In this document: positions 37,621-46,793 of the stretch, piece by piece | How positions within the stretch are numbered: the first letter of the stretch is position 1 | Layout of the letters: the number at the start of each line of letters is the position of its first letter | NCBI GenBank assembly: GCA_051418015.1 | Contig: JBPRGF010000033.1 | Location: 384,001 to 448,000, forward strand | Reading direction: 5' to 3' | Length of the DNA stretch: 64,000 bases | Source: Candidatus Nitrospinota bacterium M3_3B_026 | GTDB lineage: Bacteria; Nitrospinota_A; UBA7883; JBPRGF01 | The notes under the pieces: generated by a model | Database searches by the model: none | What the model was told of the DNA's origin: nothing | What the model saw: only the letters and a program-made list of their open reading frames with translations | Made by a program: the position numbers and the translations under genes

Positions 37621-38691
37621 CTAAAAGACCCTGACCTTGAGCCTGTAAACATAGGCCAGGATCTCGGCCACGGCCTTGTAAAGCGATTCGGGGATCATCT
37701 CCCCTACCTCTACATTCTTAAACAATGTCTGTGCCAGAGGCTTGTCCTCCATTATGGGAATGTCGTGTTCCTTTGCGATCTCCCTTATCTTCAACGCCAT
37801 ATGCCCCGCCCCCTTGGCCACGAGCACCGGCGCGGCGTCTTTTTCCCTGTCGTATCGGAGGGCCACGGAAAGGTGGGTGGGGTTGGTTATTATCACCTCC
37901 GCCTCCGGCACGCCGGCCATCATCCTGGTCCTGAATATCTCGAACTGCTTCTGCCTGATCCTCGACTTCACGATCGGATCGCCCTCTCTTTCCTTGCGCT
38001 CGTCTCTCACCTCCTGCTTGGACATCTTCATGCTTTCGTGGTGCCTGTATTTCTGGTAGGCGAAATCAGCGATGGCTATCAGCAGCAGCGCCAGGAGAAC
38101 CTTGATCATCAGCCAGAAGGTCTCGTCGCCAAGCATCTGGAGAGTCTGCTCCACCGGCAGCTCCATCAGGACGGGGACCCTTTTCCACTCCTCGAACAGC
38201 GAATAGTAGACCGCCACGGCCACCAACCCCAGCTTGGCCAGGGATTTCACGAGGTTGTTCAGACCCTCCAGCCCCAGAAACTTCTTCCATCCGGTGAGAG
38301 GGTTCAGCTTGTTGAACTTCGGCGTGATCGGGTCCCAGGAGAATATCCACCCATCGTTCTGCCAGACGTTGGAGATCACCCCGGCCACCGCCACGGTGAA
38401 AAGGATCGGCGCCAGAATGAAAAACATTTCGCGAATCGTCATGTTCAGCAAGTGGTGGAGCGTGTCCGGCGTCACCTCGTATTCTCCAGCGGCGCTGAAA
38501 TATTCGCGCCAGAGGCTGAGAATGCTCTCCAGAAAGTCAGTCCAGAAGAAGGTGAAAAAAAAGAGGGCCGACGTGAGGATGAAGACGGTGTTGACCTCCA
38601 GGCTCTTGGCGGTCCTGCCCTTCTTCCTGGTATCATCAAGGCGTTTTTCCGTAGGTTCTTCTGTTTTTGAATCCTTGTCCTCCTCCGCCAA
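37621..38691 (-). CDS. flhB: Flagellar export protein FlhB
   Basis: KTEEPT, MKMSKQEVRDE..EGDP, NPTH autocleavage motif. Confidence 0.97.
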   Translation of the reverse strand: MAEEDKDSKTEEPTEKRLDDTRKKGRTAKSLEVNTVFILTSALFFFTFFWTDFLESILSLWREYFSAAGEYEVTPDTLHHLLNMTIREMFFILAPILFTVAVAGVISNVWQNDGWIFSWDPITPKFNKLNPLTGWKKFLGLEGLNNLVKSLAKLGLVAVAVYYSLFEEWKRVPVLMELPVEQTLQMLGDETFWLMIKVLLALLLIAIADFAYQKYRHHESMKMSKQEVRDERKEREGDPIVKSRIRQKQFEIFRTRMMAGVPEAEVIITNPTHLSVALRYDREKDAAPVLVAKGAGHMALKIREIAKEHDIPIMEDKPLAQTLFKNVEVGEMIPESLYKAVAEILAYVYRLKVRVF

Positions 38692-38710
38692 AGCTTCGCC
38701 TCACCCCCTT

Positions 38711-39490
38711 TCACATGACCGAGTAGGCCAGCCCGATGTCCATGAACAGCCTGTCGAAGGCGCGGCTCATGAACAGGCTGAAGGCGGGCAGGCATATGGC
38801 GATGGTCAGAAGGCCGAGGGCGATGGTGAGCGGGAAGCCCACGATAAATATATTGATCTGCGGCACGGTCCTCGCGATAAGGCCCATGGCCGCCTGTTTC
38901 AAAAGCAGCGTCACGATCATGGGAGCGGCTATCTGCGCCGCCGTCACGTACACGGCCCCCATCGACCGTATAAAAATCTCCCCCAGCCCCGCGCTCATGT
39001 CGAAGCCGCCGAGGGGTATCAGCGCGAAGCTGTCCGCCACGCCGGAAAGGAGCATGTGGTGGGCGTTGAGCGCCATGAAAAGCAACATCGCCGTTATGTT
39101 CAGAAACTGGCCCGTTATGGAGACCTGCGCGTTGCTTATGGGGTCGACGACGTTCACGATACCGAACCCAATCTGGAACCCCACAACGCCCGCGGCAAGC
39201 TGCACGGCGGCGAAGACCATGTTGACCAGCGTCGCCGTGGCCAGCCCGATCATCGCCTCCCCCGCCACCAGCAGGCCCATTGTCCAGACATCCACGTCCA
39301 CGGAGACGGACTGCTTGTCCACGAGCGGGAACATTATCACCGTGACCATGGCCGCGAGGCCCACCTTCACGTGGGATGGGACAGCCTGCCCGCCCAGCAC
39401 CGGGACGAAGGCCAGGGCCGCTGTCACCCTCACGAAGACGAGCAGGAACGCCTGTATCCATTCAAGCTGAAAAGGAAACAGATCGGGCAC
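38711..39490 (-). CDS. fliR: Flagellar export protein FliR
   Basis: FQIGFG..VVDP, ARTVPQINIFIVGFP. Confidence 0.95.
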   Translation of the reverse strand: MPDLFPFQLEWIQAFLLVFVRVTAALAFVPVLGGQAVPSHVKVGLAAMVTVIMFPLVDKQSVSVDVDVWTMGLLVAGEAMIGLATATLVNMVFAAVQLAAGVVGFQIGFGIVNVVDPISNAQVSITGQFLNITAMLLFMALNAHHMLLSGVADSFALIPLGGFDMSAGLGEIFIRSMGAVYVTAAQIAAPMIVTLLLKQAAMGLIARTVPQINIFIVGFPLTIALGLLTIAICLPAFSLFMSRAFDRLFMDIGLAYSVM

Positions 39491-39503
39491 GGCCCGCCCT
39501 CCC

Positions 39504-39776
39504 CTACCTGATGTAGTTGGGGATGTTTATTATCACCTTCGTCGTGTAGCTGAGCATCATCTCGATCATCCACGGGAAAAAGATGAGAATCGAGACCATC
39601 ACGGCCAGAATCTTCGGGATGAAGGTGAGCGTCATTTCCTGTATCGACGTCACCGCCTGGAAAATCGAGACGGCGACGCCCACCAGGAGCCCGAACCCCA
39701 GCATCGGCGCCGCTATCATCAGGGCCATCCTCAGGCCCTCCGCGGCGAAGCTTACGACAAAATCGGGTGTTATCAT
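39504..39776 (-). CDS. fliQ: Flagellar export protein FliQ
   Basis: SIFQAVTSIQEMTLTFIPK. Confidence 0.96.
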   Translation of the reverse strand: MITPDFVVSFAAEGLRMALMIAAPMLGFGLLVGVAVSIFQAVTSIQEMTLTFIPKILAVMVSILIFFPWMIEMMLSYTTKVIINIPNYIR

Positions 39777-39798
39777 AGCGCGCCTCCCTTGTTTTTCA

Positions 39799-40578
39799 TC
39801 AGATCGCGAAACTTTTGAGAAGTGAGCCGACGATCAAATACCACCCGTCCACAAGGACAAAAAGCATCAGCTTGAAAGGAAGCGATATCATGATCGGCGG
39901 CAGCATCATCATCCCCATTGACATCAACACCGAGGCGACAACCATGTCCAGCACCAGGAACGGTATGTAGATCAGGAAGCCGATGGTGAACGAGGTCCTC
40001 ATCTCGGAGATGATGAAGGCGGGGATGACTATGTACGTCGGCACGTCGTCGATCGTCTCCGGCCTCTCGACGCCGGAAAGCTCCACGAAAAGCGCCAGAT
40101 CCTTCTCCCTCGTCTGCGCCAGCATGAATTTTCTAAGTGGCGCTATGGCATTTCCGTAAGCCTCCTGCGCTCCTATTCTTTCCTGGTTGAATGGCACGAA
40201 GGCGTCCTGATAAATCTTCCCGAAAACCGGGGCCATGATGAAAAAGGTCATGAACATCGCAAGCCCGGCTATCACCTGGTTAGGCGGCATGGTCTGCGTG
40301 CCCATGGCCTGCCGCAGAAAATGCATCACCACGATTATCCGGACGAACGAGGTCAGCGATATGAAGATGGACGGCGCTATGGACAGCACCGTCAGCAGGA
40401 TCATGACCTTCAGCCCCGTGGCGATCCTGCCGGGCTCGGCCGTCTCTCCCAGGCTGATGTCTATTGTGGGCATCCCGCCAGCGGCCTGGGCGGACGCGGC
40501 GTCGGGAACGGCCAGAACCGCCAGCGCCGCCAGCGCCGTTATGGCCGCCGTTTTCGTGATTCGGCGTTCTTCCAGCAT
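39799..40578 (-). CDS. fliP: Flagellar export protein FliP
   Basis: TSFVRIIVV, PPNQV, PFLVLDMVVAS, LPFKLMLFVLVDGW. Confidence 0.97.
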   Translation of the reverse strand: MLEERRITKTAAITALAALAVLAVPDAASAQAAGGMPTIDISLGETAEPGRIATGLKVMILLTVLSIAPSIFISLTSFVRIIVVMHFLRQAMGTQTMPPNQVIAGLAMFMTFFIMAPVFGKIYQDAFVPFNQERIGAQEAYGNAIAPLRKFMLAQTREKDLALFVELSGVERPETIDDVPTYIVIPAFIISEMRTSFTIGFLIYIPFLVLDMVVASVLMSMGMMMLPPIMISLPFKLMLFVLVDGWYLIVGSLLKSFAI

Positions 40579-40585
40579 GGTTGTC

Positions 40586-41866
40586 CTACGCGTATCCCAG
40601 CCTCTTGTTCCTGGCCCTTATGGCCCCGGCGACGTTTTTCAAAAGCTCTTCCCGCGAGGGCGCGGCTGACCGGTCTCCTGCTGCCCTGGACAGCGCCCCG
40701 GCGAAGGTTTCCTCATCGCTCTCGTCGAACAGAGCCCGCGGGGCGCCGGGGGCTGTTTCCACGCTTCCTATGCGGAAAAAGCGAAAAGCCCTCCCCAGCG
40801 CCGAGGGCTCCCGCGGCGTCGCGGCCCCGTTCCCGGCGCCAGGGGCGGCCCCGCTTTTCCTTCTCAAGATATCGGCCTTCTCCTCGTCGTCTATCACGCC
40901 CAGCATCGTCATACTGTCGCCCGAAAGGCCGATCACCATCACCTCCCCGGCGATGTCGGCGACAACCACACGCCTTTTCATGTCTATGGAGCCAGAGGCC
41001 AGAATCCTGACGACCCCGCCCTGCCCCAACGCTCCGCCCAGCCTGCCGGAGTATTTTTTAGCCGCCCAGGCCAGGGCGAATATCATCGCCAGCACCAGGG
41101 ACAGCGACGCCGCCATCTTCACAGCCATACCGCCAAGGCTTGGCGGCTGGGGAGCCTCGGGATCCCTGTACTCCAGAAATCCATTGCCGCCCCCATTTGC
41201 GGAGAGTTTTGAGCGAGGCTCGCTTCGAGGCGCGGAGGCATCGGGTTTTGTCATGGCGGCGAGCTTCCCGAGTCTGTCGTTGGTCTCCCGCTTGATTGCT
41301 CCAGCCCCAGCGCTCCCCGGCGCGGCGGCGGGTTCCTCCGCCGCGTTTTTCACCGAAGCGGATGCCGCGGCGAGGGTCTTTTTGATCCCGTCGAGCTCTT
41401 CAATACCCGGCAAAGGCTCCACCGGCTCCGCTTCGGTCCGGGCCTGCGGCCCCGGCGGCGCGGGCTCCTTTTTCCTTATCGCCAGGATCAGCAACTCGCC
41501 ATTGAGCGAACTCTCCGTCCGGGCCTCATACTCCCTTGGGTTCTCCGCCAGAAAAAGTCTCAGCCTCGTCTTCTCCGGCGTCAACTGGTAGGCCGCCGCC
41601 TTCGGCAGGAAAGGGTCACCCAGGTCAAACTCTATTTGCGGCGGATTCACGTATACTCCGCTCATGTCGAGTTGTATCGATTTCTCGTAGAAAACGGGGC
41701 GCGGCTTTTTCCCGACGTCCCCGGCGAACCTTATGACCACCCTGGCCTCTTTGTCGTCCGAATAGACCGAGACCCCGTCGAGCCTGTTGAGCCCCGAAAG
41801 GTCCACGGCCTGCGCGGGAGCGGCGAACGCCAGCATCAGCGCCATGACAACCGTAAAATCTTTCAT
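40586..41866 (-). CDS. fliO: FliO with a large N-terminal periplasmic (AMIN-like) extension
   Basis: Position between fliN and fliP; TM SLSLVLAMIFALAW followed by VRILAS..KRRVVVADIAGEVMVIGLS; signal peptide ending APAQA. Confidence 0.8.
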   Translation of the reverse strand: MKDFTVVMALMLAFAAPAQAVDLSGLNRLDGVSVYSDDKEARVVIRFAGDVGKKPRPVFYEKSIQLDMSGVYVNPPQIEFDLGDPFLPKAAAYQLTPEKTRLRLFLAENPREYEARTESSLNGELLILAIRKKEPAPPGPQARTEAEPVEPLPGIEELDGIKKTLAAASASVKNAAEEPAAAPGSAGAGAIKRETNDRLGKLAAMTKPDASAPRSEPRSKLSANGGGNGFLEYRDPEAPQPPSLGGMAVKMAASLSLVLAMIFALAWAAKKYSGRLGGALGQGGVVRILASGSIDMKRRVVVADIAGEVMVIGLSGDSMTMLGVIDDEEKADILRRKSGAAPGAGNGAATPREPSALGRAFRFFRIGSVETAPGAPRALFDESDEETFAGALSRAAGDRSAAPSREELLKNVAGAIRARNKRLGYA

Positions 41867-41957
41867 CTTTCTATCTTCGTTTCCTCGTCTTTGACACGGC
41901 CGGTGAAGACGGCCTGTTGACGCTTTACGCCCGTCCGGGCGTCTGGAAGATAGATAG

Positions 41958-41973
41958 AGCAAGGGGTATGCCA
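41958..41973 (-). promoter_or_regulatory. Sigma54 promoter for fliOPQR-flhB
   Basis: TGGCATA-cccc-TTGCT on the minus strand. Confidence 0.8.
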
Positions 41974-42107
41974 ACAGGGGGGAACGGATCTTTGACGCGC
42001 GTCCGCGGCGGGACGCGCCGTCGTCCTGCGGTGTTTCTACGGGCCGGGAACCCGTGGCGGAAGATGGGCTATGAAGCGGAGGAGGAGACCTGCGTGTTCC
42101 GGGCTTT

Positions 42108-42593
42108 TCAGCCTATGCTCTCTATCCGCTCCTTGTGGCTTGTTATCTCCGTGATCCTGATACCGAACTTCTCGTTGACAACGACGACCTCCCCCTTGCC
42201 AACGAGCTGGTCGTTAACCAGCACCTCTAGCGGCTCACCCACGAGCTTGGTAAGCTCTATGACAGACCCCTGGCCCAGCTGGAGAAGATCGTTTATCAGC
42301 ATCTTGCTGCGGCCAAGCTCCACGGTGACTTGCAGGGGTATGTCCAGTATCCTGTCCACCTCCGACGCCTCACCCCCGGCCGCCTTCTTGGCGGGCGGCC
42401 CGGCCTGGGGAGCGCTCTCCGCCGGCTCATGACTCTCCTGCTCGCCGCTTTCGCCGCCCTCGCCGCCAGCGTCCTCCTCCTGGGGCTGTTGTTCGCCGGC
42501 CTTCTTGAGCATCTCCTTTTGCTGGGCCAGGTCCTCGGCCGCCGCCGCCCAAAGGTCCTCTTCGTTTTCCGCGTTAAGCTCTTCGTCTCCCAT
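42108..42593 (-). CDS. fliN: Flagellar motor switch protein FliN
   Basis: ILDIPLQVTVELGR, GEVVVVNEKFGIRI. Confidence 0.96.
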   Translation of the reverse strand: MGDEELNAENEEDLWAAAAEDLAQQKEMLKKAGEQQPQEEDAGGEGGESGEQESHEPAESAPQAGPPAKKAAGGEASEVDRILDIPLQVTVELGRSKMLINDLLQLGQGSVIELTKLVGEPLEVLVNDQLVGKGEVVVVNEKFGIRITEITSHKERIESIG

Positions 42594-42617
42594 TTTTCCT
42601 TCCTTGCGCCGCGGCGT

Positions 42618-43652
42618 TCACTCCGTTTTCACCGCTTCTTTTCTCTCTTCTTTCTCTTCCCGCCTGCTCCTCGCGCCCATCCTGGGGATCATCCGGGTCA
42701 GGCGGGCGGCCTTGTTGCCCTTCACGACGCCCGGCATGCCCTTGAATTTCGGTATCCCTTCGACGCGGACCAGCATCTCGTCGTCCGCGTCCTGGTCGAG
42801 GGTTATGACGTCTCCCACATCGAGCCTCAGCAGATCGCTGCCCGGTATCGTCGTCGTCCCAAGCTCCACGACGACGTCCACGCTGGTCTCCGACAGCCTG
42901 TCCCGCAGACGCCTGATCCAGGCCTGGTCCACCTCCAGCTGGTCGCTCTGGAACCCCGCGCGCAGCTTGGCGATGATCGGCTCTATGGTGGAATACGGCA
43001 GGCAGACGGTAAGTGTGCCGGTCACCTGGTCCAGCTCCACCTCGAACATTATCACCACCACGACATCCGTCGGCGGGACGATAGCGGCGAACTGGGGGTT
43101 GACCTCGGACCTGACGAAGGTCATGTTGACGCTGTGGACGGGTTTCCAGGCCGCCTCCATGTCCTCCAGCACCATCATGACCACCTTCTTTATCATCCGC
43201 TGCTCGATGCTGGTGAAGTCCCGCCCCTCTATCTTCATCTTCCCTTCGCCGGTGCCGCCGAAAAATGTGTCCACCAGCGCGAAGACAAGCTTCGACTCCG
43301 CCACCAGCAACGCGAATCCCCTGAGCGGCTCTATCTTGAATATGTGAAGCGACGCTGGAACGGGAAGGGATTTGACGAACTCGCCGAACTTGACCGTGTC
43401 CGTAGAGACGGCCGATATGTCGAGAGCCTTACGCAGGGATGTGGAGAGCGAATTCCTGAACAGGCGGGAGAACCGCTGGTTTATGATGTCCAAGGTCGGC
43501 ATCCTGCCGCGGATGATGCGCTCCTGGCTGGTCAGGTCGTAGGGCACTATCCCGGACTCGTCCGGGACGTACTCGGCCTCTGTCTCTATCTCGCCGTCGG
43601 TGACGCCGCGGAGAAGGGCGTCGACCTCTTCCTGCGAAAGAATCTGGCTCAT
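42618..43652 (-). CDS. fliM: Flagellar motor switch protein FliM
   Basis: ILSQEEVDALL, RIIRGRMPTL, EGRDFT.IE, EVNPQF. Confidence 0.97.
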   Translation of the reverse strand: MSQILSQEEVDALLRGVTDGEIETEAEYVPDESGIVPYDLTSQERIIRGRMPTLDIINQRFSRLFRNSLSTSLRKALDISAVSTDTVKFGEFVKSLPVPASLHIFKIEPLRGFALLVAESKLVFALVDTFFGGTGEGKMKIEGRDFTSIEQRMIKKVVMMVLEDMEAAWKPVHSVNMTFVRSEVNPQFAAIVPPTDVVVVIMFEVELDQVTGTLTVCLPYSTIEPIIAKLRAGFQSDQLEVDQAWIRRLRDRLSETSVDVVVELGTTTIPGSDLLRLDVGDVITLDQDADDEMLVRVEGIPKFKGMPGVVKGNKAARLTRMIPRMGARSRREEKEERKEAVKTE

Positions 43653-43707
43653 ACTCGCGCTATCTCCCGCCGGGGAGCGCCGCTCCTGATTTTATAACAC
43701 TCATGTA

Positions 43708-44202
43708 TTATTGTATCACGAACTCCACGAAATAAAGCTTGCGCACGACGCCGGTCGTCAGCAACGCATTGATTCTCTTGGCCATTTCCATTTTTAGATC
43801 GTATTTGCCCTGGATGCTGAGGATCTCTTCGGCGGTCTTGCTCGACAGGAGCGTTATCACCGTGTCCTTGATCTGCGGCGAACGGTTGGCGATCTCCTCG
43901 GCCACGTTCTTGTCCGAGAGCTGGAGCACGACCACGACCTTCAGGTACCTGTTCACGTCCCCCGTGAGGTTCACTATGAACGGGTCCAGCTCGTAGGTGG
44001 CCCCGAGCGACGCGCCAGCCTCTGTCTCGGCGGGCGCTTCCTCGCCGCTCTTTGCCGCCGGTTCCGGCGCGGCGGCAAGCCTTGGCATCACGAGAAAATA
44101 GGCCGCCGCCCCGCCGCCTATGACCAGAATCAGCGCCGCGGCTATTATTATTATGAGTTTTCCCGCGCCTTTTTTCGGGGCATCAGCCTCTTCATCGGCC
44201 AT
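43708..44202 (-). CDS. fliL: Flagellar basal body-associated protein FliL
   Basis: N-terminal TM, PFIVNL, RYLKV, YFVEFVIQ C-terminus. Confidence 0.95.
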   Translation of the reverse strand: MADEEADAPKKGAGKLIIIIAAALILVIGGGAAAYFLVMPRLAAAPEPAAKSGEEAPAETEAGASLGATYELDPFIVNLTGDVNRYLKVVVVLQLSDKNVAEEIANRSPQIKDTVITLLSSKTAEEILSIQGKYDLKMEMAKRINALLTTGVVRKLYFVEFVIQ

Positions 44203-44260
44203 CTTCCGTCTCCTATTCTTTTACTCAAGGAACGAGGTTTTCATCTCTGTTCTTTCCGGT

Positions 44261-45046
44261 CTACAACCCGGCCGCGTCTCCATATCCTTTCCCCTCCGGC
44301 GCCTGCCGTATCACTATGTCCACCCGCCTGTTCCTTGCGCGGTAGGACTCGCTGAGGTTCGGCGCCAGGGCCCGGGTGTCTGCGTATCCCACGGCTGAGA
44401 GACGGTCCATCCTCACGGGGGTGTTCTCCGCCATGTAGCGCATGACGTTCCCCGCCCTGGCCGCGGAGAGCTCCCAGTTGGACGGGAACCTGTCTGTCGA
44501 TATTGGTATATCGTCCGTGTGGCCCTCGATGATAAGCTCGCTTTCCGAAAATCTCAGGACTTCTCCCAGGCGCTTGAGGGTGGGGAGTATCTCCGGGTTT
44601 ATGGCAGCCGAGCCGGGCCGGAACATGTTCTTGCTCGGGAAGCTCAGGACAAAACTCGGCCCGCGCCTGCTTATCGTGACGTCGGCCAGCAAAAGCCCCT
44701 CCAGCAGGCTTTCCTCCTCTATCTCAAGCGCCGCCTTCTCCTTGCCTCTCTCTTTTTTCAGAAACTCCATGAACTCCTTGTAGCCCATCTGCCTGATCAG
44801 GGCCAGCCTGGGGCTGATGAACGGCGACGTGGGGGCTATCTCCGTAAGCTCCAGCGGCCCCGCGCCGCCCGCGAAGGCTGTGAACATCTCCTTCAAAACC
44901 TTGTCGTCCAGCGTGGACATCGAAAAAAGCAATACAAAGAAGGTAAGCAGAAGCGAAAGAAGATCGCCGAAGGTGACCATCCAGAAGTCCTTGTCGAACT
45001 CCGCCGCCTTTGCTTTCTTCTTCTTCTGCGCCCGCGATATCGCCAT
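44261..45046 (-). CDS. motB: Flagellar stator protein MotB (canonical)
   Basis: WMVTFGDLLSLLLTFFVLL; IEGHTDD, SNWELSAARA, NRRVDI. Confidence 0.95.
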   Translation of the reverse strand: MAISRAQKKKKAKAAEFDKDFWMVTFGDLLSLLLTFFVLLFSMSTLDDKVLKEMFTAFAGGAGPLELTEIAPTSPFISPRLALIRQMGYKEFMEFLKKERGKEKAALEIEEESLLEGLLLADVTISRRGPSFVLSFPSKNMFRPGSAAINPEILPTLKRLGEVLRFSESELIIEGHTDDIPISTDRFPSNWELSAARAGNVMRYMAENTPVRMDRLSAVGYADTRALAPNLSESYRARNRRVDIVIRQAPEGKGYGDAAGL

Positions 45047-45060
45047 TCCGCAAGACTCCT

Positions 45061-45765
45061 TCAGACAGCGCGCTTGTAGATTATCCGCACGCGGTCGTTT
45101 TTCGCCCTGTTCTCCTCTGTGTCGTTCGGGTATTCAGGGCGCATGGCGCCGAACCCGGCTATGGAGAGCCTCTCGCTCTCCACCCCGCCTATTCGCACAA
45201 GCCCGCGGGTCACGGCCCCGGACCGCGCTACAGTAAGCTCCAGCCTGTCCCGGTACGCTCCGGCGGGCGTCCTGTCGCTCGTATAAGCCTCGATGCGGAT
45301 GAAGCCTTCCATCTTGTTCAAGATCCCCGCCGCCTCGGCGATCAGTCCCGCCGCGGACTGCTTCAGCCTCGCGCTCCCCGGCTCAAAAAGGACCTCGCTT
45401 CTGATTGTTATCATCACGCCGCCCTTGCTCACGATCGTGCTCACCTTTTCGGCCAGTTGAGACCTCATGGTGTAGCTTTCGAACTTGCCGAGGAGCATGG
45501 CGGTCTTCATCCTCGGTCCTGCGAGGGCGTCGGACTTCAACGATATCTCTTTTCCCTTGGACTTCATGGGCGAGAGCCCACCGCTCAGAATTCCCAGTGA
45601 GCCCGTCAGCGACCCCAGCGCGGCTTTTTTCTTGCTCTCGGCGGGGACGGACAGGGTGTTCAGCACTATGAAAAAGGCGAGGACGATCATCATCAGGGTG
45701 ACGTTCATCATGTTCTGCATGTCGCCCCGCCTGCACGTGACCGGCCTGATCCCTTGCGTTCTCAT
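45061..45765 (-). CDS. Divergent MotB-like protein (OmpA-like domain, no TM Asp)
   Basis: TM NVTLMMIVLAFFIVLN; VLFEPGSA, IEAYTSD, LELTVARS, ENRAKNDRV; overlaps the motA stop. Confidence 0.85.
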   Translation of the reverse strand: MRTQGIRPVTCRRGDMQNMMNVTLMMIVLAFFIVLNTLSVPAESKKKAALGSLTGSLGILSGGLSPMKSKGKEISLKSDALAGPRMKTAMLLGKFESYTMRSQLAEKVSTIVSKGGVMITIRSEVLFEPGSARLKQSAAGLIAEAAGILNKMEGFIRIEAYTSDRTPAGAYRDRLELTVARSGAVTRGLVRIGGVESERLSIAGFGAMRPEYPNDTEENRAKNDRVRIIYKRAV

Positions 45766-46526
45766 TTTTCGAACTGGCTTTCCCTGAGTTTCGGCAACAG
45801 GAAGGCGTGGAGTTTCTGCTCTATCAGCCTTGGGTTGTCGCCCGAGGCGATGGATATAACGCCTTCCATGACCAGCTCCTTCACGACGGTCTCGTCGGCG
45901 CTGCGTTTCTTGAGTTTGCCGGCCATGGGTAAAAAGACAAGGTTGGCCAGCAACGCGCCGTAGAAGGTGGTGATGAGCGCTATGGCCATGGAGGGGCCGA
46001 TGGTGGAGGGGTCGTCGAGCTTCTGGAGCATGAGCACAAGCCCTATCAGGGTCCCTATCATGCCGAAGGCGGGCAGGAACGTGCCGAAGGTCTGGGCCAT
46101 CTCGGCGCCGATCCTGTGACGCTCCTTTATGTACTCCACCTCGGTCTCCAGTATCTTCATTATCATCTGCGGCTCCGCGCCGTCGATGGCAAGCTGCAAT
46201 CCGCGGCTCAGAAAAGGGTCATCCACCTGGCCCATCACCGACTGCAACGCCAGAATTCCGTCGCGCCGGGCCCGCGTGGCGAAGTCTATGATGGTGGGGA
46301 TGACCTGTCTGGGCGACTGGGTCTTGTAGAGCATTGTCTTTTTCAGCACGCCTATCATGGTGAAAAGATCCGACAGGGGATAGTTCACCATCACCGCGGC
46401 CAGTGTGCCCCCGATGACGATCAGAAACGAGGGGACGCTTATGAAAATGGCCAGCTGCGAGGGGCCGATGGCCGCGGATATCACCGCCAGGCCGCCCACC
46501 ACCCCTAGAATAGTCGCTATATCCAT
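45762..46526 (-). CDS. motA: Flagellar stator protein MotA/PomA
   Basis: MDIATILG, ARRDGILAL, PAFGMIGTLIGLV, ALITTFYG. Confidence 0.96.
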   Translation of the reverse strand: MDIATILGVVGGLAVISAAIGPSQLAIFISVPSFLIVIGGTLAAVMVNYPLSDLFTMIGVLKKTMLYKTQSPRQVIPTIIDFATRARRDGILALQSVMGQVDDPFLSRGLQLAIDGAEPQMIMKILETEVEYIKERHRIGAEMAQTFGTFLPAFGMIGTLIGLVLMLQKLDDPSTIGPSMAIALITTFYGALLANLVFLPMAGKLKKRSADETVVKELVMEGVISIASGDNPRLIEQKLHAFLLPKLRESQFEK

Positions 46527-46578
46527 TTAATCCGCGCCGCTTGCCTTACAAAAAAAAACACCATCGCGATCATGCAGG

Positions 46579-46594
46579 AGCAATATCGATACCA
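46579..46594 (-). promoter_or_regulatory. Sigma54 promoter for the motA operon
   Basis: TGGTATC-gata-TTGCT on the minus strand, ~55 bp before the motA ATG. Confidence 0.7.
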
Positions 46595-46611
46595 CTCCCG
46601 TATCAGAGCCC

Positions 46612-46633
46612 AAGCGTCATCTCGTTGACGCTT
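46612..46633. promoter_or_regulatory. Palindromic FleQ/FgrM-like activator site
   Basis: AAGCGTCA-tctcgt-TGACGCTT (GTCA-N6-TGAC core). Confidence 0.6.
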
Positions 46634-46793
46634 CAGGCCATCTCCCGGCTCCGGGGAATCATTATATGTTAGAAGAGCTTTTTCTGAAACATCCGGACGG
46701 CGCAGGCGGCCGCGGGACAGGCGGAACGAGGGTGAAATTCAGGGTTTTCCGGCCTTTCTTTACACCCGGCCCGAAAGGATGTAAATTCCATCC

